Below are positions 37,761-48,457 of a DNA stretch of 53,513 bases, one piece after another (the stretch's first letter is position 1; each line of letters opens with the position of its first letter). A model generated the notes under the pieces. That model saw nothing but the letters and a program-made list of their open reading frames with translations. It made no database searches and was not told where the DNA came from. The DNA is from a virus (taxonomy: Duplodnaviria > Caudoviricetes). The position numbers and the translations under genes were made by a program. The stretch covers positions 1-53,513 of the IMG/VR virus record IMGVR_UViG_3300025652_000095; one strand, written 5' to 3'.

Positions 37761-39524
37761 TTAGTTGTGTGCTTTTTGTATTTTGCTCCTTAGTTCGTCT
37801 ACTTTTATTAAATGGTCTATTGCTACTTTCTGGTCTACACCTTGTGCTACTAGACCTTCCAAATATAAGTCAAAAAATTGTTTTGAGTTTCCGCTCACTA
37901 AAGCAGCATTTAACTCAGGTGAATCATCAGCATTAAATAATCTTACTAATTGACTTATACCAGAATTAACATCATCACTTCCTGATGCTAAAGCTAAAAG
38001 TAAACTTCTAGATACTATGTTTCTTGCAGGGTCTACACCTAACTGTTGCATAGTAGTTGTAATAGGAGCGTCATAAATCTGTACGTTTGCCGTTACGTCT
38101 TCTTGATTAGATGTAAGAGATAACGGTGCTGTGCTTTTTTGCGCCTGAGCGTTTGACTGTTGCCCTAGACCTGATTCTTTATTATATCTACCTAAAGCAC
38201 CGTCTATTCCTTTTTGTTTAGATAACATAGCCATCTTAGTAGGGTTAGTAGTGTCTATCTCTATGTAGTAACGTTCTTTTCCTGTAAAGTAATCATCATC
38301 TTGGTACTCTTGCATTATAACGTGTTCTGCGTCTTGTGGAGCTCCATCTAAATCATCTGCAGTAACAAGTTTGAACCCGTCTGCTGTTTTTATCTTATAC
38401 CCTAAATAAACACCCATTGGCTGAATAGGACCAACTTTAGAACCTACTGGTAGTAATGTACCATTTTCATCATAAATTGTTCCATCAGCTGCAAAGTCAG
38501 AAATGTATGTATCGCCTTCTAAGTCAGTTATAGAGTTTTCTCCAAATTTAATTTGAGCAAATGTAAGCTCACTTCCTTGGAATCCTCGACTACCTACTAC
38601 ATCAGTATTTTCTGGTGACTCTGTGTAAACAAACGTACCTGAATCAAAGTCTTTTATTGCAAACTCGTATTCTTCAGAGCCTGCTTTAAGGGTGTCAGTA
38701 CTAATTTTTTTCCTGTTAATTTTGGAAAATTGTTTATTTACCCTAGCTCCATAAGATTTGTTTACCTCACCAATAGAACCTAAAATAGGTTGTAAAGCTT
38801 TAGCTCTTCCACCTCCAACATATCCAGCAACATAATTTTCTAATTGGCTATCTGAAACTGACTCAAACATAGAATCAGGTAAATCATATTCTATCAAGTA
38901 GTTGTTTTTAAATATTCTATAGTTGTCTCCTGCGTTTAAAAAAGCTTGCACCTTGTTGCCTGCACCTGAATAATCTTTTTCTTTTGGTTGAGACCACTGT
39001 GCAAGTTGTTTGTGCTCAAAAGAGTCAATATCACCTTCCATAAACGCATTAAAGTCTCTTCTAGTTTGATTTGATATAAGGTGAGCGTTTTTTCCTTCGT
39101 TACCCTCTAAGGCTTCGTAGTAACCTTGCACTTGCTGAGTATTCTTTTTTATTCTTTGGATTTCTTCTGAATTGCTTAAGTTGTTGTAAAAGTTTTGCAT
39201 AACTCTACGACCTCCAGAATTCATAAACTTTACTGGGTCATTACCAGATTTCTCTAATTCAGCTAAAAACACCTCACGTTCTTGGTCGTATAAACCTTGA
39301 ACAGTTTCTCTGTCTTCGTTACGTATAGCAACCTGACTAGCTTTAGATTGAATAACTTGCATCCAATCATCTAGTTGTTGCTCTTTTTGTTCTGCCATTT
39401 GCTGTTGCTGCATGTTCATTTGCTGCAACTGCATTGCTTGACCTAACTCAGCACGCTCTCTATCTCTTCGTGCGCTTGAGCCTTGCCAACCAGACAAAGC
39501 GTTATTAACTTTAGAGTAATCCAT
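37761..39524 (-). CDS. Putative internal virion (cargo/ejection) protein
   Basis: Q/M-rich helical N-terminus; sits between the muramidase cargo gene and the RNAP gene. Confidence 0.6.
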   Translation of the reverse strand: MDYSKVNNALSGWQGSSARRDRERAELGQAMQLQQMNMQQQQMAEQKEQQLDDWMQVIQSKASQVAIRNEDRETVQGLYDQEREVFLAELEKSGNDPVKFMNSGGRRVMQNFYNNLSNSEEIQRIKKNTQQVQGYYEALEGNEGKNAHLISNQTRRDFNAFMEGDIDSFEHKQLAQWSQPKEKDYSGAGNKVQAFLNAGDNYRIFKNNYLIEYDLPDSMFESVSDSQLENYVAGYVGGGRAKALQPILGSIGEVNKSYGARVNKQFSKINRKKISTDTLKAGSEEYEFAIKDFDSGTFVYTESPENTDVVGSRGFQGSELTFAQIKFGENSITDLEGDTYISDFAADGTIYDENGTLLPVGSKVGPIQPMGVYLGYKIKTADGFKLVTADDLDGAPQDAEHVIMQEYQDDDYFTGKERYYIEIDTTNPTKMAMLSKQKGIDGALGRYNKESGLGQQSNAQAQKSTAPLSLTSNQEDVTANVQIYDAPITTTMQQLGVDPARNIVSRSLLLALASGSDDVNSGISQLVRLFNADDSPELNAALVSGNSKQFFDLYLEGLVAQGVDQKVAIDHLIKVDELRSKIQKAHN

Positions 39525-41617
39525 TATTTAGTTTTGTTTTTTTGTTTCTGTAACTGCTTTTCTTGTTCAGTCAATTTAGTATTCGGTCTTGTAGAAGCCG
39601 ACCCTACAGTAGCACTTTTTGAAGCGTCGTAAGGAACTTGGTTCACTCCTGCTAAACCTTCAAGGTTAGCTCTTTGTGCTTGTTCTATTAAATCTCTGTT
39701 AGGGTTTATATACCAAGAAACATCACTTATAGCATCAGAAACAAGATTTGTTCCTATACCTCCAAGAACATCTCTGTTTTTTTGCATTGTAGCTTGTTTC
39801 ATTTGCTCTACAGACATATCTCTTTGTAATTGCATTTGACCAACTGAAGATGCCAGTGCATTGTATTGCTGTACATTTTGTTGTCTAACTGCAGCGTCTT
39901 GAGCTGCAAGTTGATTAAGCCCTTGTATTCGATTTGCATCTACCACACCTTGTCCAGCTAAGAACATTCCTCTTTGTCCACCAGAGGCTCTTAAAACATT
40001 CTTCATTGCTCCTGCATACGCATTATCTAGGTTAGACATAGCTGCTGCTTTTTCAGCTGCTGTAAGACCTGATTTAGAAAGTTGCCTTTGTTTCTCTACA
40101 GCCTCTGTAATAAGGGGAGATAACTCAGGAGTCTCTATTTCAGGGTCTCTTAAAGCTTTAGATAAAGATAGTATTCCTGCAGCAGCTTTCAAACCAGAAA
40201 GCACTTTTTCTGCTTTACGCATTTTTTCTTGGCTTTCAGGGCTATCTTTAGGTTTTTCAGGTTTTTGAGAACCGTCTTGATTTAAGTCTAAAGACTCCAT
40301 AGATTCTTCTTCCTCTTCTATGTCGCTATACTCGCCAATTTCTTCGCCTCTTTTTATTCCTTTTCGCAAAGAATTGTCAGCAGTCTGCTGCTCTGCCAAC
40401 TTTCTGTCAGCTAATTCAGATGCAGTTTCACCTGTTTTAGACATCTCTGCGAGAATCTTGCTATCCTTTTCAGCTATTTTTTTAAGCTCAACATTAAAAG
40501 GTATTGTTTTAGAGTCGGATGTTGGTAGCTGCAGGCCAGCGACAGGAGCAGAGAGTGAAGAGGTAGGTGTTAGTGGGCCTTCATTTAAAATCCCTAAATT
40601 TTTTAAATTTAAGTTAACATTGTTTGTCCAATTCTCAAGAGCATCTTCTATTTTAGAGTCAACGAATTGCTTGCCACCTATTCTTTCTCCAAGCTCTTCG
40701 TTAGAAATAGATGTTGCGTATTTTATAAATCCTTTAGCTTTTACTACAGCATCAGCGTCTTTAACGTCAATATTTGTTAGTTTAAGCTTTTCAGATAACT
40801 CTTTGTAATAAATATTCTTAATTTCGTTATCAGAACCTTCTAACTCACCTTTATTAATTCTTACTTGAATATCAGAAGCAGTTTCAAAAGCCGCATCTTG
40901 AACTTCTTTTTCTTCTTCTGGTGATAATATATAATCTGCAGTTAACCTATAAGATTTTTCTTTTTGTTCTTTTCTTTTAGCTAGTAAGTCTTCCATAGCC
41001 TTATCTTCTGAATTAACTGTAAATGATGAAGATTTAGTTTGTGGTGAAGCAGTTTTGCTTTGATTTTGTAAGTATTCAGGAAATTGTTTTCTTACAGTAT
41101 TATCTAAAACACTTACAAGCTTGTCTGCGTAATATGGGTCAGTTGCGTAACCAGCTGACTTTAAAGCTTTTGCTTGGTCTTCAGGTGTAGCAGCATCTAA
41201 TACCCCAGCTTTTGCGTAGCGGGGATTGTTTATTAAAAAATCTATGTGCGATTTAACTCCCTCTTCTGGGGTAGTAAACTTTTTGAAAGCCTGTTCTACT
41301 TTTAAAACAAATTGACCATTACTGTTTTTAGTAGTAGATATAGTTTTCAACCCTTTAGCGGATTGTTTTTTAGAAAAATCTTTAGCTTCTTTTTTTGTAT
41401 TAAATATTTCTGTAGTGTCCATTACAGCGTAATCGACATCTTTTGTTTTTCCAGTTAAGTCAAAGGCTTTTTGACCAGAAAAGTTGTTATGCTTAACGCT
41501 TAATTCTGAATTAAGACTTCCAGACTCAACTAGTATTTGAGCCATCATCATCTCTGGGAATAAGCCTGTGCCTTGAGTAGCTTGAGATAAAATTTGTTGT
41601 AATTGTTTCTTGTCCAT
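39524..41617 (-). CDS. Virion cargo protein with N-terminal GH73 (FlgJ/glucosaminidase-like) peptidoglycan hydrolase
   Basis: AQ..VESG...NNF.G.K, TTE, F......G..SH..FL..NPRY and GYATDP.YA.KL motifs; Q/A-rich helical C-terminus. Confidence 0.85.
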   Translation of the reverse strand: MDKKQLQQILSQATQGTGLFPEMMMAQILVESGSLNSELSVKHNNFSGQKAFDLTGKTKDVDYAVMDTTEIFNTKKEAKDFSKKQSAKGLKTISTTKNSNGQFVLKVEQAFKKFTTPEEGVKSHIDFLINNPRYAKAGVLDAATPEDQAKALKSAGYATDPYYADKLVSVLDNTVRKQFPEYLQNQSKTASPQTKSSSFTVNSEDKAMEDLLAKRKEQKEKSYRLTADYILSPEEEKEVQDAAFETASDIQVRINKGELEGSDNEIKNIYYKELSEKLKLTNIDVKDADAVVKAKGFIKYATSISNEELGERIGGKQFVDSKIEDALENWTNNVNLNLKNLGILNEGPLTPTSSLSAPVAGLQLPTSDSKTIPFNVELKKIAEKDSKILAEMSKTGETASELADRKLAEQQTADNSLRKGIKRGEEIGEYSDIEEEEESMESLDLNQDGSQKPEKPKDSPESQEKMRKAEKVLSGLKAAAGILSLSKALRDPEIETPELSPLITEAVEKQRQLSKSGLTAAEKAAAMSNLDNAYAGAMKNVLRASGGQRGMFLAGQGVVDANRIQGLNQLAAQDAAVRQQNVQQYNALASSVGQMQLQRDMSVEQMKQATMQKNRDVLGGIGTNLVSDAISDVSWYINPNRDLIEQAQRANLEGLAGVNQVPYDASKSATVGSASTRPNTKLTEQEKQLQKQKNKTK

Positions 41618-41618
41618 A

Positions 41619-42680
41619 CTATTTATGTTTCCAAGTTTTCATTTCATTGTTCACGAACACGCCTGCTTCTTTGAATTGTCCTCCAGCTACCATTCGTTTA
41701 ATCTTTTCCATCGCAGGCTTATCAAATACACCCTCGCCGCCTGTAAGCTCCATCCCTGTGTGTTGACCATTCTTATCTACTACTGCTAATGGGTTTGTCT
41801 TATGGCTGTATGCACCTTTAGTCATACCACCTGTATTATAATTACCTAAAGACATATCATCTACTCTACCAGCTTCCACACCAGACTTCTGCATGCGTAC
41901 ATCATAAGCATCGTACTGTCCACTCGCTATATTGATTTGAGGTCTAGGTGTTCGAGTGGAGCTGCTATACATAGATATATCAGGCATCTTAGCTGGGTCT
42001 ATATATCTTTGTGCTAACCTTATTGCAGTTTCTGGCTTTACTTCTAGTCTAGCCATAGACTCTTCAAAGTAACCTTTAGGGGCTCTTTGTGTTCCTGACT
42101 TAAAATATATATCTTCTGTTTCACTAGGGCCTGTAAATCCAGCACCATAACCAATAGAAGGCCTGTAATCTATATGTCCTAAATTACTCATTTGTATTTC
42201 CCCACCTTCTTGGTAACCTATAGAGCGTTCGCTTTGTAATTTTAAATCTTCTGATAATTGGTCTTTCTCTCTTTTAGCAGATTCTTCTCTACGTTTCTCT
42301 CTTTTCTTTTTACCCTTAGTAAGAAGTCCAACACCTAAACCAACTGCTCCACCTACAGCAGCTCCAATTGGTCCTGCAGCTGCCCCCATAGAAGCAAATT
42401 GTAAAGCAGAACCAGCAACATCAGCATTTCCATACTCAGGGTCAGTGTCAAGTGCTGAAATGGCTGCACTAGCTAATCCTAAACCAGCTCCTAAGTTAGC
42501 ACTATTGGTTTCTTTTTGTTTGTCAGTTAATGGCTCTTTGTTTTCTCTATCTTCTTTACTGCCAAATAATGAACTCTCATTAAGTCCTGACATACCTATA
42601 GCTTTTCCTACAGCACCTCCACCGTAGTACAATGCATTAGCTAATTTCTTTTCTTCTTCTTTTCCTAAGTAATTTATCAT
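41619..42680 (-). CDS. Putative cargo/ejection protein with glycine-zipper TM region
   Basis: GAAAGPIGAAVGGAVGLGVGLL followed by a basic coiled coil; C-terminal G..SH..NP...ELTGGE motif. Confidence 0.65.
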   Translation of the reverse strand: MINYLGKEEEKKLANALYYGGGAVGKAIGMSGLNESSLFGSKEDRENKEPLTDKQKETNSANLGAGLGLASAAISALDTDPEYGNADVAGSALQFASMGAAAGPIGAAVGGAVGLGVGLLTKGKKKREKRREESAKREKDQLSEDLKLQSERSIGYQEGGEIQMSNLGHIDYRPSIGYGAGFTGPSETEDIYFKSGTQRAPKGYFEESMARLEVKPETAIRLAQRYIDPAKMPDISMYSSSTRTPRPQINIASGQYDAYDVRMQKSGVEAGRVDDMSLGNYNTGGMTKGAYSHKTNPLAVVDKNGQHTGMELTGGEGVFDKPAMEKIKRMVAGGQFKEAGVFVNNEMKTWKHK

Positions 42681-45600
42681 TTTACTATTCTATTGTGGAC
42701 AAGTGCGCCAAATAACTCAACTGGGTAGTTAGCAATAGGAGCAGTTGCATTAATAATTAGATACTGGCCTTGAGCTTTATTAGTACCATCTGTAATAGGT
42801 ATTATGTGTTTACCGTTAGCCATTCTGTCAGAAAACTCATTATTTGTTATTGAACTACCACTCATTGAATCAGTAAATGTAAAAGTAGTAAATTTCTTTG
42901 TATTGATATTACCAGAGCAATACATAACAAGCTTATCGAATTTTTTAGTTGAATAAACGCTTTCGTTACACACAAAAGTTACATCTAAACATTTAGGTAA
43001 AGTAACATTGTAATATGAGTTAGCATTATTTAAACTATTTTCTAACCATAAAGAACCGCTAGATATATCATCTGAACCAGCTAGTTTAGTGTATCCAACT
43101 GTATAAAGCTCACCTTTATGATTAATAGATTTTGCTACAGATTGATACTTCTTACTTACCATCACGTCTGATAACTCACTATAGGTAATACTAAGGTTGT
43201 TAGCAAAAGTAGGATGGGTAACACTTAGAGTGACTTCTGAGTGACGATAATCATGCGCTAAAGCTACACCACCTTTAGACAAATCTAGAGGCTCGTCTTT
43301 TATTTGCAAATCTTTCAAAGCGTCAAATAAATTTGCGTTCTGTGTAACTACACCTAAATCTTGTACAGCTATACCTTGACCATAAACTAGTTTGCAAAAC
43401 GCAGACTGATAAGAGTCAAACCAATATGCTGAAACACCTGTAGTAATTACATTATTATAATGCTGACTACCATACTGTGTGTCTACGTAATCACTTCGTT
43501 CTATAACTCTTCCTGTACCCGTTGCAATAGTTACGGCTGCTGCGTCTGCATTATCAACAACAACTCTTGGATTAACAGATAGTTTTGCAACAGCACCGCT
43601 TTGCAGTGTAAACAAATCACCTCTTAAGTTAAATATATTGTAAATAGGTCCAAACTTTGTGTTAAGTTCATGTACTTCTGCTGCAGGAAAATCAGTGTAA
43701 GCATCTAATGTATCACCACTTATTTTTAAGCTAGAAGCAGCAATCATATTTGACATTGTGTTTATTTGGTCAAAATCTTCTGGCTTTTGTAAAAATGTTT
43801 TAGATGTATTTCTTGAACTATAAGTAGAATTGTATAATAAATCATCTTGTACATTATGAGCTAATGTATCTGTTACGCCAAAGAAGTTACCATCTCTCAT
43901 ATCTAAGTTAACAGTACTTTCTACTGGAAAAACAAACCCTACGTTAGGTGCATGTCCATCTGTTCTATCACTAACGTATACTAGTTTACGTAACGAATAC
44001 ATGTTAATGTAAGTATCACCTCCAAATACATCTACTCTATCGGAGCTTGTAGGGCTAAAGTTTTCGTGCCCCGTAAGCATATACCTGTTGTTTAAAAAGT
44101 TAGAAAGCTCGTTACCTCCATAAGCGGATGTACTAACATCTCTTGTTACAGTACAATACATTTTTGATGAGTAAATCCTTGCGCCATCTTTATTGTCTTG
44201 GTCAGCGTTATAATTAATTCTTTGTAAAATGTTTTTACTAGAATCACCACAACCAAACTGATGACTCTCTATAAGCTTGTTATCATCTAACGATATAAAA
44301 GTAGTAGCACATCCTTCAAGTACAGCTCTACCATCAAACTTACTATCGCCCCAACCACTACTACCCGCATCATAAAAATCTGCAGTAAATGATACAGGAG
44401 AAGAAACAACATAGATACCTGAACCAGTACCGCCAGAATCTTGTCTTGCCTGTGAAAGAGAATAATTATGAAAGTCTTTGTCTTTTGCACCAGTAAAAGC
44501 TATATCATAACCATTTTTTGCACTACTAACAGTTCCACCAGGTTCTACAGCTTGAGCATGTTTTATTGGTTTATATATATCATCACCTACATTTCTTCCT
44601 TTAGGCCCTACACTTCCTAGGTTATAATAAAAGAAAGAATCATCATTAAGTGTAAACACTGTATATATAGAATTACCTGCACTATTATTTGTTGCACTTT
44701 CTCCACCCAAAAAGAATCTACCTGCCGCTAAGTTACCTGACTCTTTTGCTCTTACACCAGTCCAAGAGTTTAGCTCTGAGTCTAAAGTAGTATCATTAGG
44801 TACGTTATCTTCTGTAAAAGTGTTTTGTACAGAGTCTAGTCTAGCAGATACTCCTATTTTATCTCCCACTTTATGAATATATGGCCTATTAGCTAAGTTT
44901 GACTCAGGGCTATCAAATGTAAAAGTAGTTTGACCTATTTTTAAACCTTCATGCTGAAAGTCTGGAGAACCATAAGGAGTTGCGTATACTCCTAATTTAT
45001 TTCTTAACCTTTTACTAGAGTCATTATTTTGCATGTTAATTACAGGCGTTATAACTCCATTTTGAATTATTCTTTTATCACTATCTGTTCTGTCAACACG
45101 AACAATAGAGTATCCACCAATTTTAGCTAAAATATCTGCACTAAGCTTAACATCAAACTGTGGAAACAACACATACCCATTAATATTTTTTTCTGTAGGG
45201 TTTACAAAGTTTAATGTAACATTTGTTTGTGTAGCGGTAGCGTTATTACTCATAGTAAACTGAGTAGTACTATTTATCGTAGTTATTCTAGTACCTTCTG
45301 GTATTCCATCTCCATATACATGCAAGCCTGCAACTATAGCTGTGTTAGCAACGTGTGCAACTGTAGCTGCTCCGTCGCTTGTGTCTGTAGTGCTATCAGT
45401 AAAAGAAGTAGTACCACAATACTTAAATGTAGTTTGACCATCTTCACCAATAGATATAGCTGAACCTGCAGCGTTTAATGTAGAAAAATTAGTAGAATTA
45501 TCAGGCATTCTAATATCCCCAATAGGATTTACAAAACCTGGGTTTAGATTTCTGTCATAAAACAATATACCAAACCTGTACACTTCACCTCTTTGGTATC

Positions 45601-47854
45601 CTTTAAAGTCTTTTACAAAAAGAGGGTTTTTATAATTATCATAAAATCCATCTGCGCCTTCTCTTCTTAAGTTTTGAGAAAACAAAGGAGCTTTATTATA
45701 GCTTGTAAAGTTTTTCTTTTGTTGGTCGCCACTGTCGAAAATTCCAGAATTTTCTCTTTGGAAGTATGTACAATCAGATAAAGGAAACTTTTTAGTATTA
45801 AAAGTTACTCTTACTCCTGTACCTGTAGCAAAACCATCAGACTCTGCACCAGGTATAAAAGCATTAGAGTAATCGCTTCCTTTCAAATACCCGTAATAAC
45901 CAATGTTTTCAAATGAAGATATACCATCATCATAAATAACATCTTCTCCTAAATCAGTATTTATTAATCCATCTTGTTTTTCCCAAGCATTTGTATTTCT
46001 ATTTCTCCTGTAAGACTTTACTCTAAAACTTTCTGTAATATCACTTAAGTCACTAGATAGGTTTACTGCAAATAGTCTATTATCTTTTATTGCTAAGTCT
46101 TTACACGTGCTCCAAACGGTTTCTGTTTTAAATATTTCAGCTATACTTATTTCAGTGGTTGTTTCATTACCGTTATGTACATAAGTAAACTTACCGTCTT
46201 CTACTAAACCTGAACCTATAATTCTAGGTTGTATAGACCCTATCTCATCTATGTATAAAATATCAATAATTTCAACTTGAGAAAAAGCACTTGATATTCC
46301 GTCTACTTCTATCTTTACACTAGAATTAGAAATATTATTAGCTCCTTCTGGAGGGCCACCTTTTATTTCGTGGTAATCTGCTATTCTACTAGTTTTAGCT
46401 ACATGAATAGGTTCAGATATATTAGATATTTTTGAAAGCTTACCATCTTCTGACTTAAGCCTATAACAGTAAGAATGTGAACCACAACTTACCGAACCAC
46501 CTGTAAGTATAGAAGTAATGTTAGGGGCTTTCTGATATTTACTGTTAAAAACATTAAGCTCATTAGCAGATGTTAAATTCTGATAATAAGATACGGACTC
46601 TTTTAAGTTTACAGTTCTTAAAGGGTTTGTTCCATCAGTCCAGTATAACCTGTGAAACTTTTCATTCTCTTCAGATTTTTCTGTTCTTACCAATGTTTTA
46701 GCAGTAAAACCTAAATCTAGCTCTCCAAATATAGTTTCTGCAGTAGTAATAGTTCCATTATCAGCTACAGATAATTTTATAATATTATCTTTTCCTGTAG
46801 CAGCATTATGACACAAAGCAATCATGTAATCGCTAAACGTTTCTAAACCAACTATTTGGTAACTAGTACTACTAGAGTTAGTATCAAATGTCATGGTTTT
46901 GTTTGCTACAGTATATCCGTTACCATTATTTGTGGCTACAATTGCACCTGTAAAAGCTGCACTAGTAATTACGTCAGCAGTAGAGGTCCTTGTCATCGAA
47001 GGAACAAAACTTACTGTTTGGTCAGTTTTAGAAATAAAATATATAGCATTTTCTCCTGAGTTTGTAGCTACAGTAAGTAAATTGTTTTTAGTTGCATTAG
47101 AATAAGGAAGTCCTATATATGTAGTAAGTAAAGCAGAAGCATAACCTAATATAGTAATATCGCTATCTGTTCCTGACCAGTTGTCACTAATTGAAGGTAC
47201 AGAATCACTTCGAGTTTCTATACCAAACGTAGTAGTAAAGTCTAAAGACGTATCTACAAGGCTACCTCTTTCTGCTAGAGTGTATCCAACATAAGATTGA
47301 AATGTAGCTGATTTTTCTTGAGCTGTAGCTGCTATAGAGTAATCCCCTATCGAGGACGAGTAATAAGGTATCAATTGAAGAGTTTTGTCTGCTATTGATA
47401 TGTTGACATCAAACGCAGCTTTAATTGCAGCAGAGCCTGTAGTTTCCACTTCAGGGTATATTAGCTGATTAAACGCATTTATAATTAAAACTTCTTCGTC
47501 TAAACTCTCTCCATCTACATGATAATAAGTGGTAACGTGTGTAGCACCTCCAAATGTAATAGATGCTATGATGTTGTCAATGTATCGACTTACATCGTAG
47601 TTTGTACTACCAATTGTTCTAGTATCAGTACTAAGTGTACCAAAAGTTAAACTGCTAAAAGTTTTTTGTGCGTCTGATAAGTTTCTAGCTAAAGCATTAC
47701 CTTCAGCTGAGTTTAAAACAAACAAATTATCTTGCTTAGTCATTAAGCGAGCATTAATTGCAGTTTTATAACTTTCGGATGGCAGTAAATTAGGGTCTAT
47801 ATCTGATTGCATTCCTTTAGTAAAGGAATTTGGTTTTTTATTAGACTCTGCCAT
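42677..47854 (-). CDS. Tail stabilisation / muzzle protein (P22 gp10-like, crAss-like)
   Basis: 1725 aa; N-terminal NSFTKGMQSD.DP, LYWTDG.NPLR, KDNRLF..N, GYQRGEVYRFGI and VFGGDTYI motifs typical of crAss-like stabilisation proteins. Confidence 0.8.
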   Translation of the reverse strand: MAESNKKPNSFTKGMQSDIDPNLLPSESYKTAINARLMTKQDNLFVLNSAEGNALARNLSDAQKTFSSLTFGTLSTDTRTIGSTNYDVSRYIDNIIASITFGGATHVTTYYHVDGESLDEEVLIINAFNQLIYPEVETTGSAAIKAAFDVNISIADKTLQLIPYYSSSIGDYSIAATAQEKSATFQSYVGYTLAERGSLVDTSLDFTTTFGIETRSDSVPSISDNWSGTDSDITILGYASALLTTYIGLPYSNATKNNLLTVATNSGENAIYFISKTDQTVSFVPSMTRTSTADVITSAAFTGAIVATNNGNGYTVANKTMTFDTNSSSTSYQIVGLETFSDYMIALCHNAATGKDNIIKLSVADNGTITTAETIFGELDLGFTAKTLVRTEKSEENEKFHRLYWTDGTNPLRTVNLKESVSYYQNLTSANELNVFNSKYQKAPNITSILTGGSVSCGSHSYCYRLKSEDGKLSKISNISEPIHVAKTSRIADYHEIKGGPPEGANNISNSSVKIEVDGISSAFSQVEIIDILYIDEIGSIQPRIIGSGLVEDGKFTYVHNGNETTTEISIAEIFKTETVWSTCKDLAIKDNRLFAVNLSSDLSDITESFRVKSYRRNRNTNAWEKQDGLINTDLGEDVIYDDGISSFENIGYYGYLKGSDYSNAFIPGAESDGFATGTGVRVTFNTKKFPLSDCTYFQRENSGIFDSGDQQKKNFTSYNKAPLFSQNLRREGADGFYDNYKNPLFVKDFKGYQRGEVYRFGILFYDRNLNPGFVNPIGDIRMPDNSTNFSTLNAAGSAISIGEDGQTTFKYCGTTSFTDSTTDTSDGAATVAHVANTAIVAGLHVYGDGIPEGTRITTINSTTQFTMSNNATATQTNVTLNFVNPTEKNINGYVLFPQFDVKLSADILAKIGGYSIVRVDRTDSDKRIIQNGVITPVINMQNNDSSKRLRNKLGVYATPYGSPDFQHEGLKIGQTTFTFDSPESNLANRPYIHKVGDKIGVSARLDSVQNTFTEDNVPNDTTLDSELNSWTGVRAKESGNLAAGRFFLGGESATNNSAGNSIYTVFTLNDDSFFYYNLGSVGPKGRNVGDDIYKPIKHAQAVEPGGTVSSAKNGYDIAFTGAKDKDFHNYSLSQARQDSGGTGSGIYVVSSPVSFTADFYDAGSSGWGDSKFDGRAVLEGCATTFISLDDNKLIESHQFGCGDSSKNILQRINYNADQDNKDGARIYSSKMYCTVTRDVSTSAYGGNELSNFLNNRYMLTGHENFSPTSSDRVDVFGGDTYINMYSLRKLVYVSDRTDGHAPNVGFVFPVESTVNLDMRDGNFFGVTDTLAHNVQDDLLYNSTYSSRNTSKTFLQKPEDFDQINTMSNMIAASSLKISGDTLDAYTDFPAAEVHELNTKFGPIYNIFNLRGDLFTLQSGAVAKLSVNPRVVVDNADAAAVTIATGTGRVIERSDYVDTQYGSQHYNNVITTGVSAYWFDSYQSAFCKLVYGQGIAVQDLGVVTQNANLFDALKDLQIKDEPLDLSKGGVALAHDYRHSEVTLSVTHPTFANNLSITYSELSDVMVSKKYQSVAKSINHKGELYTVGYTKLAGSDDISSGSLWLENSLNNANSYYNVTLPKCLDVTFVCNESVYSTKKFDKLVMYCSGNINTKKFTTFTFTDSMSGSSITNNEFSDRMANGKHIIPITDGTNKAQGQYLIINATAPIANYPVELFGALVHNRIVK

Positions 47855-47856
47855 AA

Positions 47857-48456
47857 TTAAAATAATTTACGAGTTGTATCTCTTGTAGGTTGTAATGAGT
47901 TCCAGTATTTACCTATATTTCTCCATTGTTGTTTAGAAGGCATATTGTCTTTACCTCTAGCTTGAGCACATAAGTTGGACCATTCATTTTTTAAGTCTTG
48001 GTATACATATCTAGGAAGTTTTTGATTATAATACTCTCTTCCTTTGTACTTGTACATAATGTAAGCAGCTATAGCGTCTTCATGTGCAGCCGATATAGTT
48101 GGATAACCATCATCATCTGTGCTTATAGCTTCGTAATGTAATTTTATAATAGTATTATCAGAAACGTCAATATTTAAATAATTTCCTGAAGAGTAACAGT
48201 TAGTAGTATCGTAGTCACCGTTTTCAGAAAGTATTTCTATTGTATTTATAAAATCTTCTGGTAATAAAACTTTTTTACTTGTAACTGTAAGAGTTGCTAT
48301 TTTTTTGTCAAACGTAAGATAAGAACCAATTTTCTTTTCAGCTTCAAAAGACCATTCTACAAAGTTGTGAAACTCTTTTGCTGCGTCTTGTATACCTAAA
48401 TTACGTATTACTGCTGCTACCACTTGCTTTACACTAATTTTAGGACTTCCTTTCAT
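47857..48456 (-). CDS. Tail ring/tubular protein
   Basis: EW..EA...IG, LP.DF and Y.AI..D.DGYP.I...AI..YI motifs; position before the muzzle gene as in crAss-like phages. Confidence 0.7.
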   Translation of the reverse strand: MKGSPKISVKQVVAAVIRNLGIQDAAKEFHNFVEWSFEAEKKIGSYLTFDKKIATLTVTSKKVLLPEDFINTIEILSENGDYDTTNCYSSGNYLNIDVSDNTIIKLHYEAISTDDDGYPTISAAHEDAIAAYIMYKYKGREYYNQKLPRYVYQDLKNEWSNLCAQARGKDNMPSKQQWRNIGKYWNSLQPTRDTTRKLF

Positions 48457-48457
48457 C

